Below are positions 1 through 9,924 of a stretch of 64,000 nucleotides of DNA, piece by piece; positions within the stretch are counted from its first letter, which is position 1; every line of letters starts with the position of its first letter. The notes below the pieces were generated by a model. The model was not told where the DNA came from. It saw nothing but the letters and a program-made list of their open reading frames with translations, and made no database searches. Made by a program: the position numbers and the translations under genes. This stretch comes from an uncultured Eubacteriales bacterium (GTDB lineage: Bacteria > Bacillota > Clostridia > Oscillospirales > Acutalibacteraceae). The stretch lies in assembly GCA_964527585.1 (NCBI GenBank), contig CAZGPE010000003.1:26723-90722 (forward strand), given 5' to 3'.

Positions 1-179
1 AGCGAAGAATTATCTTTGTTAATCTGTTTTGCCGATTCGATGTGAGTTTTCGGGATTACGAGGAAATGCACATCCGATTGAGGCTCAATGTCATAAAAAG
101 CATAACACTGATCGTCCTCGTAAATCTTTTTTGAGGGGATTTCTCCCGCTATGATTTTGCAGAAAATACAGTCGTTCAT
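1..179 (-). CDS. HIT-family (histidine triad) nucleotide hydrolase; N-terminal part only, as the gene runs off the left edge
   Basis: Reverse-strand translation from the ATG ending at 179 gives MNDCIFCKIIAGEIPSKKIYEDDQCYAFYDIEPQSDVHFLVIPKTH..., a typical HIT/Hint N-terminus. It starts 10 nt after the alaS stop. Confidence 0.8.
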   Translation of the reverse strand, partial: MNDCIFCKIIAGEIPSKKIYEDDQCYAFYDIEPQSDVHFLVIPKTHIESAKQINKDNSS

Positions 180-188
180 ATTTTCACC

Positions 189-2828
189 TCATTTAAGCAT
201 TGATTTAACGATTTCTTCAACTGAATTAAGGGCTTCTCCGATTTTGGAAATATCTTTTGCACCGGCCATAGCACTGTCGGGTTTTCCGCCGCCGGAACCA
301 CCTGCTATCATTGCAACCTGACGGACGATATTGCCTGCATGAGCGCCGGCAGCGATTGCATCTTTACCTACATAGCAAGCAAAAGAACCTGTTGCTTTTT
401 CATCGTTAATTCCTGCGAAAACGGCAACGGCATTTCCGCTTTGTTCTTTAACTTTATCACATACGGAACGAAGTTCGTTAGCGGTAGCCGAGCCTAAATC
501 GGCAGTTATTATTTTAATTCCGTTAACCTCTTTTGCGTTGTTATAAAATTCCGCAACGGTTAAGGAAGCGAGATGAGCGTTGAGATCGTCGAATTCTTTT
601 TGTACGCTCTTGAGTTCCGCTACTGTTGATTTCGCTTTTGAAACGATGTCCGAGACATTTGCCGTCTTGAGAGCGGCAGCAGTATCGAGAATTACTTTTT
701 CGTTTTTCTCAATGTATTTCAATGTGTTAAATCCGGTAACGGCAACGATTCTTCTTACACCCGAAGCGACAGAAGATTCGGATATGATTTTGAACAGACC
801 GAGATTTCCCGTGTTTTCGGCGTGTGTACCGCCGCAGAGTTCCGTTGAAAATTCACCGGCTTTTACAACCCTTACAATGTCGTCGTATTTTTCTCCGAAA
901 AGAGCCATTGCGCCGAGTTTTTTCGCTTCTTCAATCGGCATTTCTTTTGTTTCGACTTTTGCCGCAGCCATTATCGAAGAGTTGACTTCATCTTCAACAG
1001 CCTTGAGTTCTTCTTCGGTTAAAGCGGAGAAATGAGTGAAGTCAAAACGGACTTCATCCGCATTTACAAGCTGTCCGGCCTGTTCGACATGACTGCCGAG
1101 AACTTTTCTCAATGCTGCTTGGAGAAGGTGGGCTGCCGTATGGTTTCTCATTGTTGCTTCTCTTACCGCTTTATCTACGCAAGCGGTAACTTTATCGCCG
1201 ATTTTAAGAGTTTCGCCTTCAATAAGAGAACCGTGGTGAAGAATTACGCCTTCATGATTCTTAGCCGTAGAGGAAACTTCAAAGACGAAATTATCTCCCT
1301 TGATAAGTCCGCAGTCTCCGACTTGACCGCCGCTTTCGGCATAAAATGAAGTTTTATCAAGTATTAAGGTTATATCATCATCGGAAGAAGCGTATTCTTT
1401 TCTCTGTGCGTCGACAATAATCGCTTTGATCTGTGCCTCGCTTACGAGAGCGGTATAGCCGACAAATTCGGTTTTTTCAATATCTTTTGTCGCATTGCCG
1501 CTTCCTTCCCATGCTTCAGCGCCGGCACCTTTATGAGCCGCTCTGGCACGGAGCTTTTGCTCTTTTACAAGTTGAGCCCATTTTTCTTCATCAACCGTAA
1601 GACCTTTTTCTTCGAGAAGTTCTTTGGTTAAATCAATGGGGAAGCCGTATGTGTCGGAAAGTTTGAAAGCATCTTCACCGCTTAAAACGGTTCCGTCAAG
1701 GTTTTCGACCATCTGATTGAAAATCATGAGACCGGTGTCAATGGTTTTCGCAAAACTTTCTTCTTCGGCTTTAATAACATTTATAATGAAATCGTGCTTT
1801 TCAACAAGGTTGGGATATGCGAGTTTGTTTTCGTTGATAACGGTTTCGGCAACTTCGGAAAGGAAGGTTCCTTGGATACCGAGAAGCCGTCCGTGTCTTG
1901 CGGCTCTTCTCAAAAGTCTGCGAAGAACATATCCTCTTCCTTCGTTTGAAGGCATTACGCCGTCTCCGATCATCATTGTCGTACTTCTGATGTGGTCGGT
2001 GATTACACGGAGGGAAACATCGTTTTTTGCATCTTTGTGATATTCGATGTCTGCGATTTTCATTATGTGTTTCATAATGTTTTGAACGGTATCGACTTCA
2101 AAGAGGTTATCGACATCCTGAGAAATGCAGGCAAGCCTTTCAAGACCCATACCGGTATCAATGTTGGGATGAGCGAGTTTTGTGTAATTGTTGTTGCCGT
2201 CGTTTTCAAACTGAGTGAAAACGAGATTCCAGAATTCGATATATCTGTCGCATTCGCAACCGACTTTACAGTCGGGCTTGCCGCAACCGTACTTTTCGCC
2301 ACGGTCATAGTATATTTCCGAACACGGACCGCAAGGGCCTGCGCCGTGTTCCCAGAAGTTATCTTCTTTTCCGAAACGAACCATATGATCGGGAGAAACT
2401 CCGATTTTTTCGGTCCAAATACCGTATGCTTCGTCATCGTCTTCATAGACGCTGATATAGAGCTTTTCGGGATCCATTTCCATTACTTTTGTGCAGAATT
2501 CCCACGCCCACGGAATAACTTCCTCTTTGAAATAATCTCCGAAAGAGAAGTTGCCGAGCATTTCAAAGAAAGTACCGTGTCTTGCCGTTTTGCCGACATT
2601 TTCGATATCGGGTGTACGGATACATTTTTGGCAGGTTGTAACTCTTTTTCTCGGCGGAGTTATTTCACCCGTGAAATACTTCTTCATAGGAGCCATGCCG
2701 GAATTTATTAAAAGCAGGCTTTTGTCGTTATTGGGAATAAGAGAAAAACTGTCAAGTCTTAAATGACCTTTTGACTCAAAGAATTCAAGATATTTTTCCC
2801 TTAATTCATTAAGTGATGTCCATTCCAT
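189..2828 (-). CDS. alaS: Alanine--tRNA ligase
   Basis: 879-aa ORF with a class II AlaRS catalytic core (FFEMLGNFSFGDYFK). It also has an editing domain with HTAAHLL and CGGTH zinc motifs and a C-terminal DHHA1-like tail (GGSGGGKPDSAMAG). Confidence 0.97.
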   Translation of the reverse strand: MEWTSLNELREKYLEFFESKGHLRLDSFSLIPNNDKSLLLINSGMAPMKKYFTGEITPPRKRVTTCQKCIRTPDIENVGKTARHGTFFEMLGNFSFGDYFKEEVIPWAWEFCTKVMEMDPEKLYISVYEDDDEAYGIWTEKIGVSPDHMVRFGKEDNFWEHGAGPCGPCSEIYYDRGEKYGCGKPDCKVGCECDRYIEFWNLVFTQFENDGNNNYTKLAHPNIDTGMGLERLACISQDVDNLFEVDTVQNIMKHIMKIADIEYHKDAKNDVSLRVITDHIRSTTMMIGDGVMPSNEGRGYVLRRLLRRAARHGRLLGIQGTFLSEVAETVINENKLAYPNLVEKHDFIINVIKAEEESFAKTIDTGLMIFNQMVENLDGTVLSGEDAFKLSDTYGFPIDLTKELLEEKGLTVDEEKWAQLVKEQKLRARAAHKGAGAEAWEGSGNATKDIEKTEFVGYTALVSEAQIKAIIVDAQRKEYASSDDDITLILDKTSFYAESGGQVGDCGLIKGDNFVFEVSSTAKNHEGVILHHGSLIEGETLKIGDKVTACVDKAVREATMRNHTAAHLLQAALRKVLGSHVEQAGQLVNADEVRFDFTHFSALTEEELKAVEDEVNSSIMAAAKVETKEMPIEEAKKLGAMALFGEKYDDIVRVVKAGEFSTELCGGTHAENTGNLGLFKIISESSVASGVRRIVAVTGFNTLKYIEKNEKVILDTAAALKTANVSDIVSKAKSTVAELKSVQKEFDDLNAHLASLTVAEFYNNAKEVNGIKIITADLGSATANELRSVCDKVKEQSGNAVAVFAGINDEKATGSFACYVGKDAIAAGAHAGNIVRQVAMIAGGSGGGKPDSAMAGAKDISKIGEALNSVEEIVKSMLK

Positions 2829-2867
2829 TTGTATTATCTCCTTGCGGAAAAGTTTGAAAACACTTTT

Positions 2868-2903
2868 CCTTTATAATCTTAAAAATTATACCTTTATAAT
2901 CTT
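2868..2903. repeat. Two copies of a 13-bp direct repeat CCTTTATAATCTT, 23 bp apart
   Basis: Exact copies at 2868..2880 and 2891..2903 in the alaS / sensor-kinase divergent intergenic region. They flank the alaS -10 box. Confidence 0.9.
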
Positions 2904-2913
2904 TTGTTGTCAA
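2885..2913 (-). promoter_or_regulatory. Consensus sigma-A promoter for alaS
   Basis: The reverse strand reads TTGACA (2913..2908), a 17-nt spacer, then TATAAT (2890..2885). This is about 55 nt upstream of the alaS ATG. Confidence 0.7.
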
Positions 2914-2932
2914 CCGAGATTGAATAAAATGC

Positions 2933-2961
2933 TTGTTTTATTTAAGATGGTATAGTATAAT
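2933..2961 (+). promoter_or_regulatory. Putative promoter of the sensor kinase operon
   Basis: TTGTTT (2933..2938), a 17-nt spacer, then TATAAT (2956..2961). Confidence 0.4.
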
Positions 2962-2993
2962 TACAGTAAATTTAAGCGGGAGCGTGAATAGGA

Positions 2994-4964
2994 TTGAAAA
3001 CCGTTGCGGATAAAAATAAATTCAAATCCAATATCATGCTTGTTACGATAGTTTTGCTTATCTTTTTAATGATAGTCGGAACTGTCTTTTTTTGCAATTT
3101 ATATGCGGAAAAGAAGAGCGGCGCTCTTGAACTCGATTCCGCTCATTACGACCTTTCCGAAATTGATTTCGATTCCGACGGCAGTGCATATCTGTCTGGA
3201 GAGTGGGAACTTTATTACGGGAAGTTTTTAATTACCGACGGCGAAAAAACAAACGGTGCTCCCGAAAGAATAAATGTTCCGTCGTCTTGGTCCGGGATTG
3301 TTGCAACCGGAAGGCACGATGCAGGCGGGTATGCTACATACAGATGTTATGTTTCTTCGGTTAACAGCGAAAGTTATCTCACTGTGTATATTCCGAATGT
3401 TGCCTGCGCATATAAAATTTATATTAACGGCACTCCGGTTACGGTAAGCGGTACGCTTAGCAAAACTTACAACAAAACATTTACAAGTGCAAGCCACTAT
3501 TCTTTGCCTTATAAGTTCGACAGCGGAAAAGAATATGAAATTACGGTTGAGATTTCATCGGATCATTATTCGGGAATTTATATGCCCGTTTTGATGACAA
3601 AGTATACTTATGACAATTCGGCTTTGAGTTCGCTGATTGCGTTTAGGTTTGTGCTTTGCGGAATAGTTTTCCTTTGCGGACTTATTTTTATCATCTTCAG
3701 AAGGTTTGTCAGCAAAAAACTTTATTCCGTATGGCTTCCCGTTCTCTCGTTCTTTCTTTTGCTGAGAATGTTGATAACGACTGAAGCGTATACGGTAATT
3801 CAGCCGTTACTGTTTAATATCGGTTATGAAGAAATAAACATATTTGTTTTCGTTTCGACATTTATTATCAAACTTGTCGCTCTTATATATATTGTCAAAA
3901 GTTTGAATATTAAAGCGGCGGACAGTACATTCGTAACTTTCGGAGCGATTTTCCTTACACTTGCAATCGGTATAAACTTTTTGCCGAATTCGATTTTCGA
4001 TACTTATTATTTTGTAAGTTTGCAAATTTTATCTTCGATAATAGATTTGTACATAATAAATAAACTCTGTATCGAAATCGTAAATAAAACTCAATATGCC
4101 GTGCTGTATCTTATTTCCTATCTTTTCTTGGTTTACGGTATATTTATGGATGTAATTTATACGAACGGAATGATAGGTATTAACTGTTCTTCCGTAATGC
4201 CGGCGTGCTTCTTCGCTTTTACGGTAATAACGCTTATTATTCACGCTTTGCGAATTAAACAGATGTATAACACCGCTTTGCGTGTACGCAGTCTGGAAGC
4301 CGATCTCGAAAGAGCAAATACTGCGGTTATGATTTCTCAAATTCAGCCGCATTTTCTTTATAATGCTCTTAACACCATAAAATCACTGATTAAAAGAGAT
4401 CCTAAAACTGCGGAAAAAGCGGTAATTGATTTTTCGCTGTATCTAAGAGGGAATATGGACAGCCTTACGCAAAAAGATATGATTTTATTCAGTGAGGAAC
4501 TCGACCATATCAAATATTATTGCAATATCGAAAAATTGCGTTTTCAGGATAAACTGGAAGTTGTCTATAAAATCGAAACCGACAACTTCTTTGTTCCGAC
4601 GCTGAGCGTTCAGCCGATTGTCGAAAATGCCATAAAACACGGGGTTACCAAAACCGCAGAAGGCGGAACCGTTATTGTTTCTTCATACGAAGATGACAGC
4701 AGTTACTATATTAAAGTCGAAGATAACGGCAAGGGCTTTGATGTTGAAAAAATCGCAGCGGACAGCGGCAGATCCCATATCGGTATTTCCAATATGAAAA
4801 AACGATTTGAAACTCTTGCGGGAGCGGATATTTCGATTGAAAGCGAAATAGACAAAGGAACCGTTGTTACGGTTAAACTTCCGAAAAACAGAAATGTCCG
4901 AACTTTGCAGGAAAGTCTTCGTTTAAGTGAAGATTACGGTCTTTTCGGGGAGATGAATATATGA
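2994..4964 (+). CDS. Sensor histidine kinase with an extracellular 7TMR-DISMED2-like beta-sandwich, 7 TM helices, a LytS/YehU-type His_kinase domain and an HATPase domain
   Basis: 656-aa ORF with a TTG start. It has an N-terminal TM helix, a roughly 175-aa exo-domain (GEWELYYGKF...GYATYR...YINGTPV) and seven predicted TM helices. The LytS-type phosphoacceptor region (ISQIQPHFLYNALNTI) is followed by an ATPase (QPIVENAIKHG, DNGKGF). Confidence 0.9.
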   Translation: MKTVADKNKFKSNIMLVTIVLLIFLMIVGTVFFCNLYAEKKSGALELDSAHYDLSEIDFDSDGSAYLSGEWELYYGKFLITDGEKTNGAPERINVPSSWSGIVATGRHDAGGYATYRCYVSSVNSESYLTVYIPNVACAYKIYINGTPVTVSGTLSKTYNKTFTSASHYSLPYKFDSGKEYEITVEISSDHYSGIYMPVLMTKYTYDNSALSSLIAFRFVLCGIVFLCGLIFIIFRRFVSKKLYSVWLPVLSFFLLLRMLITTEAYTVIQPLLFNIGYEEINIFVFVSTFIIKLVALIYIVKSLNIKAADSTFVTFGAIFLTLAIGINFLPNSIFDTYYFVSLQILSSIIDLYIINKLCIEIVNKTQYAVLYLISYLFLVYGIFMDVIYTNGMIGINCSSVMPACFFAFTVITLIIHALRIKQMYNTALRVRSLEADLERANTAVMISQIQPHFLYNALNTIKSLIKRDPKTAEKAVIDFSLYLRGNMDSLTQKDMILFSEELDHIKYYCNIEKLRFQDKLEVVYKIETDNFFVPTLSVQPIVENAIKHGVTKTAEGGTVIVSSYEDDSSYYIKVEDNGKGFDVEKIAADSGRSHIGISNMKKRFETLAGADISIESEIDKGTVVTVKLPKNRNVRTLQESLRLSEDYGLFGEMNI

Positions 4965-5761
4965 GAGTGATTGCGGTAGACGACGAAAAACTCGTGCTTG
5001 AAGATATACGGGATATATGCGAAAATATCGAATTTGTCGAAAGCGTCGAACTGTTTTCAAATCCTGCACAGGCTATCGAATACACTGAAAATAACAGAGT
5101 CGATGTCGCTTTTCTTGATATTGAGATGCCGATTATGTCGGGACTGGAACTTGCAGAAAAACTTAATGAGATAAACAGTGCCGTCAAAATAATTTTTGTT
5201 ACAGGATTTAAGAATTATGCTTATGAAGCGTTCGGAGTAAATGCCGTAGGATATGTTCTCAAGCCTTTTTCCGACGATATGATTTTACAGCAACTCGAAA
5301 AACTGAAAAGGGACGGTAGATCGGATTGCGAAAAAACGGTTTTTATTAAAACTTTCGGATACTTCGATGTGTTTGTTAACGGAAAATCGGTTGCTTTTTC
5401 GTCAACTAAAGCAAAAGAACTTTTGGCTTTGCTTGTTGACCGAAGAGGAGGTTCGGTAAGTACGGAAAATGCCGTGTCTTTGCTTTGGCCGGGCAGGAAA
5501 TACGACGAAGCGGTTCAAAGCCTTTTCAGAAAGGTTTTAAGAAATCTTCGCAGTGTTCTTTCGCAGGCGGGTATAAGCGAAATCCTCGTTGATGCGAGAA
5601 ATCAGCGAAGCGTTGATATGTCGAAGTTTGATTGCGATTTGTATTCTCTGATTAAATCCGACACGCAAGCGCTTACGCAGTACACCGGCGAATATATGAA
5701 CGGCTATGCTTGGGCAGAGCCGACAAAGGAATATATTGATAATTTAATTGGGAGGAATTGA
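4961..5761 (+). CDS. Response regulator: REC plus a SARP/OmpR-type winged helix with a short BTAD-like tail (COG3947-like)
   Basis: The start overlaps the kinase stop (ATGA). The REC domain is visible (VDDE...FLDIEMP...KP). The C-terminal part, [46 protein letters not shown]...LRNLRSVL, is typical of SARP-type DNA-binding domains. Confidence 0.85.
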   Translation: MRVIAVDDEKLVLEDIRDICENIEFVESVELFSNPAQAIEYTENNRVDVAFLDIEMPIMSGLELAEKLNEINSAVKIIFVTGFKNYAYEAFGVNAVGYVLKPFSDDMILQQLEKLKRDGRSDCEKTVFIKTFGYFDVFVNGKSVAFSSTKAKELLALLVDRRGGSVSTENAVSLLWPGRKYDEAVQSLFRKVLRNLRSVLSQAGISEILVDARNQRSVDMSKFDCDLYSLIKSDTQALTQYTGEYMNGYAWAEPTKEYIDNLIGRN

Positions 5762-5762
5762 A

Positions 5763-7433
5763 ATGTTGACAGATATTGAAATTGCGCAGAATGCAAAATG
5801 TTTACCGATTAAGGAAATCGCAAAAACGCTTGCAATCGAAGAGGATGATCTTGAACTTTACGGAAAATACAAAGCGAAACTTCCTCTTTCTCTTATGGAT
5901 AAATATTCATCTCGCCCCGACGGAAAACTTATCCTTGTTACCGCTATAAATCCGACTCCGGCAGGCGAAGGAAAAACAACCGTTACAGTCGGCTTGGGCG
6001 AAGCTATGAACAAAATCGGAAAGAATACCGTTATTGCACTTCGTGAACCTTCGATGGGTCCCGTTTTCGGTATGAAAGGCGGTGCGGCAGGCGGCGGATA
6101 TGCTCAGGTTATCCCGATGGAAGACATTAACCTTCATTTTACGGGCGATATGCATGCGATAACAGCTGCCAACAATCTCCTTTGTGCAATTATTGATAAC
6201 CATATTCAGCAGGGAAACGAACTTGGTATTGATCCGAGAAGAATTCTTTTTAAGCGCTGTCTTGATATGAATGACAGAGTGCTTAGAAATGTGGTTGTCG
6301 GTCTCGGCGGAAAAGTTAACGGTATTCCGAGAGAAGACGGATTTATGATTACGGTCGCATCCGAAATAATGGCAATTCTTTGCCTTGCGAGTGATATTGA
6401 CGATTTGAAAATAAGACTCGGAAAAATTTTAATCGGATATACCTATGACGGCAGAGCGGTTTACGCAAAAGAATTAAAAGCTGTCGGTGCGATGGCCGCT
6501 CTTTTGAAAGATGCGATTAAACCCAACCTTATTCAAACTCTCGAAAACACTCCTGCGATTATGCACGGCGGACCTTTTGCAAATATAGCACACGGCTGCA
6601 ATTCCGTAACCGCAACGAAATTAGGTCTTAAATTAGCGGATTACTGCATTACCGAAGCCGGATTCGGAGCGGATCTCGGTGCCGAAAAATTCCTTGATAT
6701 TAAATGCAGATATGCCGGAATTGAACCCTCTTGTGTTGTTCTTGTTGCAACAATAAGAGCGCTCAAGTATAACGGCGGAGTCGCAAAAAGCGATTTGAAA
6801 TACGAAAATACAGTAGCGCTTGAAAAGGGAATCGTAAATCTCGGAACACATATTGAAAATATGAAAAAATTCGGATTGCCCGTTGTTGTGGCAATTAACC
6901 GCTTTGTTACGGATACCGATGCCGAAATTAAAATTATCGAAGATTACTGTGCCGAGCACGGAGTTGAAGTTTCGCTTGCCGAAGTTTTCGCAAACGGCGG
7001 CGAAGGGGGAATCGACCTTGCGCAAAAAGTCGTTAAGACAATTGAAACTCAGCCTTCGAACTTTAAGCCGATTTACGATACCGAACTTTCAATAAAAGAT
7101 AAACTTGATAAAATCGCCCGTGAAATATACAGAGCCGACGGCGTTATATATACGGCGGAAGCGGAAAAAATGATTAAGGAAATCGAGTCTTTGGGAAAAG
7201 ATAAACTTCCGATTTGCGTTGCAAAGACACAGTTCTCTCTTTCGGACGATCCGACAAAACTCGGTAAGCCAGAAAATTTCAAAATTACAGTCAGAGAAGT
7301 AAAACTTTCCGCAGGTGCGGGCTTCATAGTTGCTCTTACGGGAAATATAATGACAATGCCCGGACTTCCCAAACAGCCGGCGGCATACAGTATTGATGTC
7401 GATACGGCGGGAAACATTCAAGGTTTGTTCTGA
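5763..7433 (+). CDS. fhs: Formate--tetrahydrofolate ligase
   Basis: [12 protein letters not shown]... and the [11 protein letters not shown]-loop show full-length FTHFS similarity. I chose the ATG at 5763 (GGGAGG 7 nt upstream) over the ORF-track start at 5748. Confidence 0.95.
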   Translation: MLTDIEIAQNAKCLPIKEIAKTLAIEEDDLELYGKYKAKLPLSLMDKYSSRPDGKLILVTAINPTPAGEGKTTVTVGLGEAMNKIGKNTVIALREPSMGPVFGMKGGAAGGGYAQVIPMEDINLHFTGDMHAITAANNLLCAIIDNHIQQGNELGIDPRRILFKRCLDMNDRVLRNVVVGLGGKVNGIPREDGFMITVASEIMAILCLASDIDDLKIRLGKILIGYTYDGRAVYAKELKAVGAMAALLKDAIKPNLIQTLENTPAIMHGGPFANIAHGCNSVTATKLGLKLADYCITEAGFGADLGAEKFLDIKCRYAGIEPSCVVLVATIRALKYNGGVAKSDLKYENTVALEKGIVNLGTHIENMKKFGLPVVVAINRFVTDTDAEIKIIEDYCAEHGVEVSLAEVFANGGEGGIDLAQKVVKTIETQPSNFKPIYDTELSIKDKLDKIAREIYRADGVIYTAEAEKMIKEIESLGKDKLPICVAKTQFSLSDDPTKLGKPENFKITVREVKLSAGAGFIVALTGNIMTMPGLPKQPAAYSIDVDTAGNIQGLF

Positions 7434-7444
7434 TAAATAACAAT

Positions 7445-7480
7445 AAAAACAGCGGAGATGAAAATCTCCGCTGTTTTCTT
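7445..7480. terminator. Bidirectional rho-independent terminator between convergent fhs and metK
   Basis: Perfect 11-bp stem ACAGCGGAGAT / ATCTCCGCTGT with a GAAA loop, flanked by A-run and T-run. Confidence 0.85.
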
Positions 7481-7493
7481 ATGTAAGTAATAT

Positions 7494-8681
7494 TTATATT
7501 CCCGCTTTTTGACGGAGAATATCTTTTTTGTCGGTTAATTCCCACTTAACACCGAGTTCTTCTCTGCCGAGATGACCGTAAGAAGCGAGATTTCTGTAAA
7601 TCGGCTTTCTCAAGTCAAGATAGTCGATAATAGCGGCAGGACGAAGATCGAATGTCTCCGTTACGATTTCTTCGAGAACATCGTCGGCAAGAACGCCTGT
7701 TCCGAAGGTTTCAACCATTACCGATACGGGATGTGCAACACCGATAGCATAAGCAAGCTGAACTTCGCATTTTTTAGCAAGTCCGGCAGCAACGATGTTT
7801 TTGGCAACATATCTTGCCGCATAAGCAGCGGAACGGTCAACTTTTGTCGGGTCTTTTCCGGAGAAACATCCGCCGCCGTGTCTTCCGATTCCGCCGTATG
7901 TATCGACGATGATTTTTCTTCCGGTAAGTCCGCTGTCGCCGGCAGGGCCGCCTGTAACGAATCTACCTGTCGGATTGACATAGATTATTGTGTCGTCATC
8001 GAAAAGTTCCTGAGGAATAATCGGCTTAATAACATTTTCGAGAATATCGAGTCTGATTTGATCAAGTTCGACATCGGCGCTGTGCTGTGAAGAAATAACA
8101 ACCGTATCGACACGGATCGGAACATTGTTGTTATCGTATTCGATAGTAACCTGAGTTTTTCCGTCGGCACGAAGATAGGGGAGTGTTCCGTCTTTTCTTA
8201 CTTTTGTTAACTGCTTTGCGAGTTTATGAGCAAGCGAGATGGGAAGGGGCATAAGTTCGGGTGTTTCATCGCAAGCGTAACCGAACATCATACCTTGGTC
8301 TCCCGCACCGTGAAGATTATAGTCTTCTTTCTGACCTTCTTTTAATTCGAAAGATTTATCGACACCCAATGCAATATCGCTTGACTGCTTATCAATAAAA
8401 GTAAGCACATTGCAGGTATGACCGTTAAAGCCTTTTTCGTCGCTGTCGTATCCGATTTCGCATACAACATCTCTTGCGATTTTTTCAATGTCGATTTTAG
8501 CGGTTGTTGTAATTTCGCCCATTACGGTGATTTGGTTTGTAATACAAGTAGATTCGCAAGCAACTCTGCCGTTGGGATCCTGTTCGAGAATAGCGTCAAG
8601 TACGGCATCCGATATATTGTCGCAGATTTTGTCGGGATGGCCTTCGGTAACCGATTCCGATGTAAAAAGATGTTTTGCCAT
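7494..8681 (-). CDS. metK: S-adenosylmethionine synthetase
   Basis: [18 protein letters not shown]..., [12 protein letters not shown] and the [16 protein letters not shown] motifs are present. The start was trimmed to the ATG ending at 8681, because the upstream extension would run into the riboswitch terminator. Confidence 0.96.
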   Translation of the reverse strand: MAKHLFTSESVTEGHPDKICDNISDAVLDAILEQDPNGRVACESTCITNQITVMGEITTTAKIDIEKIARDVVCEIGYDSDEKGFNGHTCNVLTFIDKQSSDIALGVDKSFELKEGQKEDYNLHGAGDQGMMFGYACDETPELMPLPISLAHKLAKQLTKVRKDGTLPYLRADGKTQVTIEYDNNNVPIRVDTVVISSQHSADVELDQIRLDILENVIKPIIPQELFDDDTIIYVNPTGRFVTGGPAGDSGLTGRKIIVDTYGGIGRHGGGCFSGKDPTKVDRSAAYAARYVAKNIVAAGLAKKCEVQLAYAIGVAHPVSVMVETFGTGVLADDVLEEIVTETFDLRPAAIIDYLDLRKPIYRNLASYGHLGREELGVKWELTDKKDILRQKAGI

Positions 8682-8711
8682 TTTTGGTACTCCTAAAAAA
8701 ATATTAACATA

Positions 8712-8845
8712 AAAATAAGCACCCCGAAAGGTGCTTGAAAACACCTTATCTTTCGGTTGAATAAACCGCAGGAATTAGCACCTTGCATAAGCAGGTTGCC
8801 GTGGCATCATAGGGCCTGTCCCTCCGCCACTCTCTATAAGGAGAT
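8712..8845 (-). promoter_or_regulatory. SAM-I (S-box) riboswitch with intrinsic terminator, leader of metK
   Basis: The reverse strand reads TTATAGAGAGTGGCGGAGGGACAGGCCCTATGATGCCACGGCAACC...GCAAGGTGCTAATTCCTGCGG...GAAAGATAAGG, matching the conserved S-box core. It is followed by AAGCACCTTTCGGGGTGCTTATTTTT. Confidence 0.93.
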
Positions 8846-8913
8846 GATTATTTATCTGTCAACTGAGATTTTACTACTATATTGTTGCTTTGTCAACACA
8901 ATTCAAATTTTGT

Positions 8914-9516
8914 TTACACATTTTTGCCTTTTATTACAGGTGAAAGCGGTTTGTAAATCAAAAAGCATATAACCGCATCCGCAACACCTTTTAAGAAAGT
9001 AAAAGGCAAATTGAAAATACATAAAGCCTTAACGAGAGTATCCGTTCCCGAAAGAATATCGTTATACATACCGATGATTGCTTCAAGAGGCAATCCGTAA
9101 ATCACAACATAAGCCGGATAAATAATGAAATAGTTAAGCGGAACACAGACAATCGCCATTAAAAGCGCACCGGTAACAGAACCGATAATAGCACCTTTGC
9201 GTGTTTTTTTCTTTTGGTAAACGATTCCCGCAGTAAAACAAAAAACCGCACCTAAAAAGAAATTGGAAATTTCACCGACTGCGGCGCTTGACCCGAAAGG
9301 AAGGTGAAGAATGTTTTTAATCAGTTCAACCGCAACGCTGTATACGGGCCCGATTGCAAAAGAAGTTATAAGTGCCGGTAAGTCGCTGAAATCAAGTTTC
9401 ACAAAACTCGGAATGATCGGAATCGAAATTTCAATAAATTGCAGAATGGCTGCAATCGCACTCATAATTGCCGTAACGGTAAGTTTTCTTAAATCCTGTT
9501 TTGATGCTTTTTTCAT
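8914..9516 (-). CDS. ribU: ECF transporter S-component, riboflavin-type (RibU/FmnP-like)
   Basis: 200-aa, 5-6 TM protein (LRKLTVTAIMSAIAAILQFIEI...DFSDLPALI). It lies directly behind an FMN riboswitch. Confidence 0.8.
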   Translation of the reverse strand: MKKASKQDLRKLTVTAIMSAIAAILQFIEISIPIIPSFVKLDFSDLPALITSFAIGPVYSVAVELIKNILHLPFGSSAAVGEISNFFLGAVFCFTAGIVYQKKKTRKGAIIGSVTGALLMAIVCVPLNYFIIYPAYVVIYGLPLEAIIGMYNDILSGTDTLVKALCIFNLPFTFLKGVADAVICFLIYKPLSPVIKGKNV

Positions 9517-9550
9517 AAAACGGTCTCCTTAATTAAAGTTGCCATAGAAA

Positions 9551-9702
9551 AACCCCGAAGATAAAACTTCGAGGCGGAAAAACAGAATAATACATCTTCT
9601 TCCATCCGGACTTTAACCGTCGGTTTCGGAATTTCACCGAATCAGCAAAACGCTCGCAGACTGTACTGCCGGTGGGGAATTTCGCCCCGCCCCGAAGACA
9701 AC
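9551..9702 (-). promoter_or_regulatory. FMN (RFN) riboswitch plus terminator, leader of the ribU-like gene
   Basis: The reverse strand reads GTCTTCGGGGCGGGGCGAAATTCCCCACCGGCAGTACAGTCTGCGAGC...GATTCGGTGAAATTCCGAAACCGACGGTTAAAGTCCGGATGGAAGAAG, matching the RFN consensus. A hairpin CCTCGAAG/CTTCGGGG plus a T-run follows at 9551..9577. Confidence 0.93.
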
Positions 9703-9924
9703 TTTTTTGATTTTTTTTATTATTATATTCCCGAAATTTATATATGTCAATATAAACAAAACAAAATCTAAAACAATGTAACATATTAACAAAATTTAAT
9801 TTATATTAAAAAAACATTACAATTAAAATAAATTTATTATTATTAAGATGAAAAACAAAGTAAGAGGTGATTTAAGATGGTTTAATCGGCAGATAAATTT
9901 ATTTTATTATTATGAGGTGATATT

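Noticed and set aside
2829-2993. Possible T-box leader upstream of alaS
   Set aside because: The consensus promoter leaves only about a 55-nt leader. I found no specifier loop, no AGAGA/GNUGGNA T-box sequence and no terminator/antiterminator pair.
8757-8972. 71-aa plus-strand ORF
   Set aside because: It lies on top of the SAM-I riboswitch (opposite strand) and the 3' end of the ribU-like gene. It is spurious.
9533-9784. 83-aa minus-strand ORF
   Set aside because: It coincides with the FMN riboswitch and its terminator. The RNA element explains the conservation-like structure.
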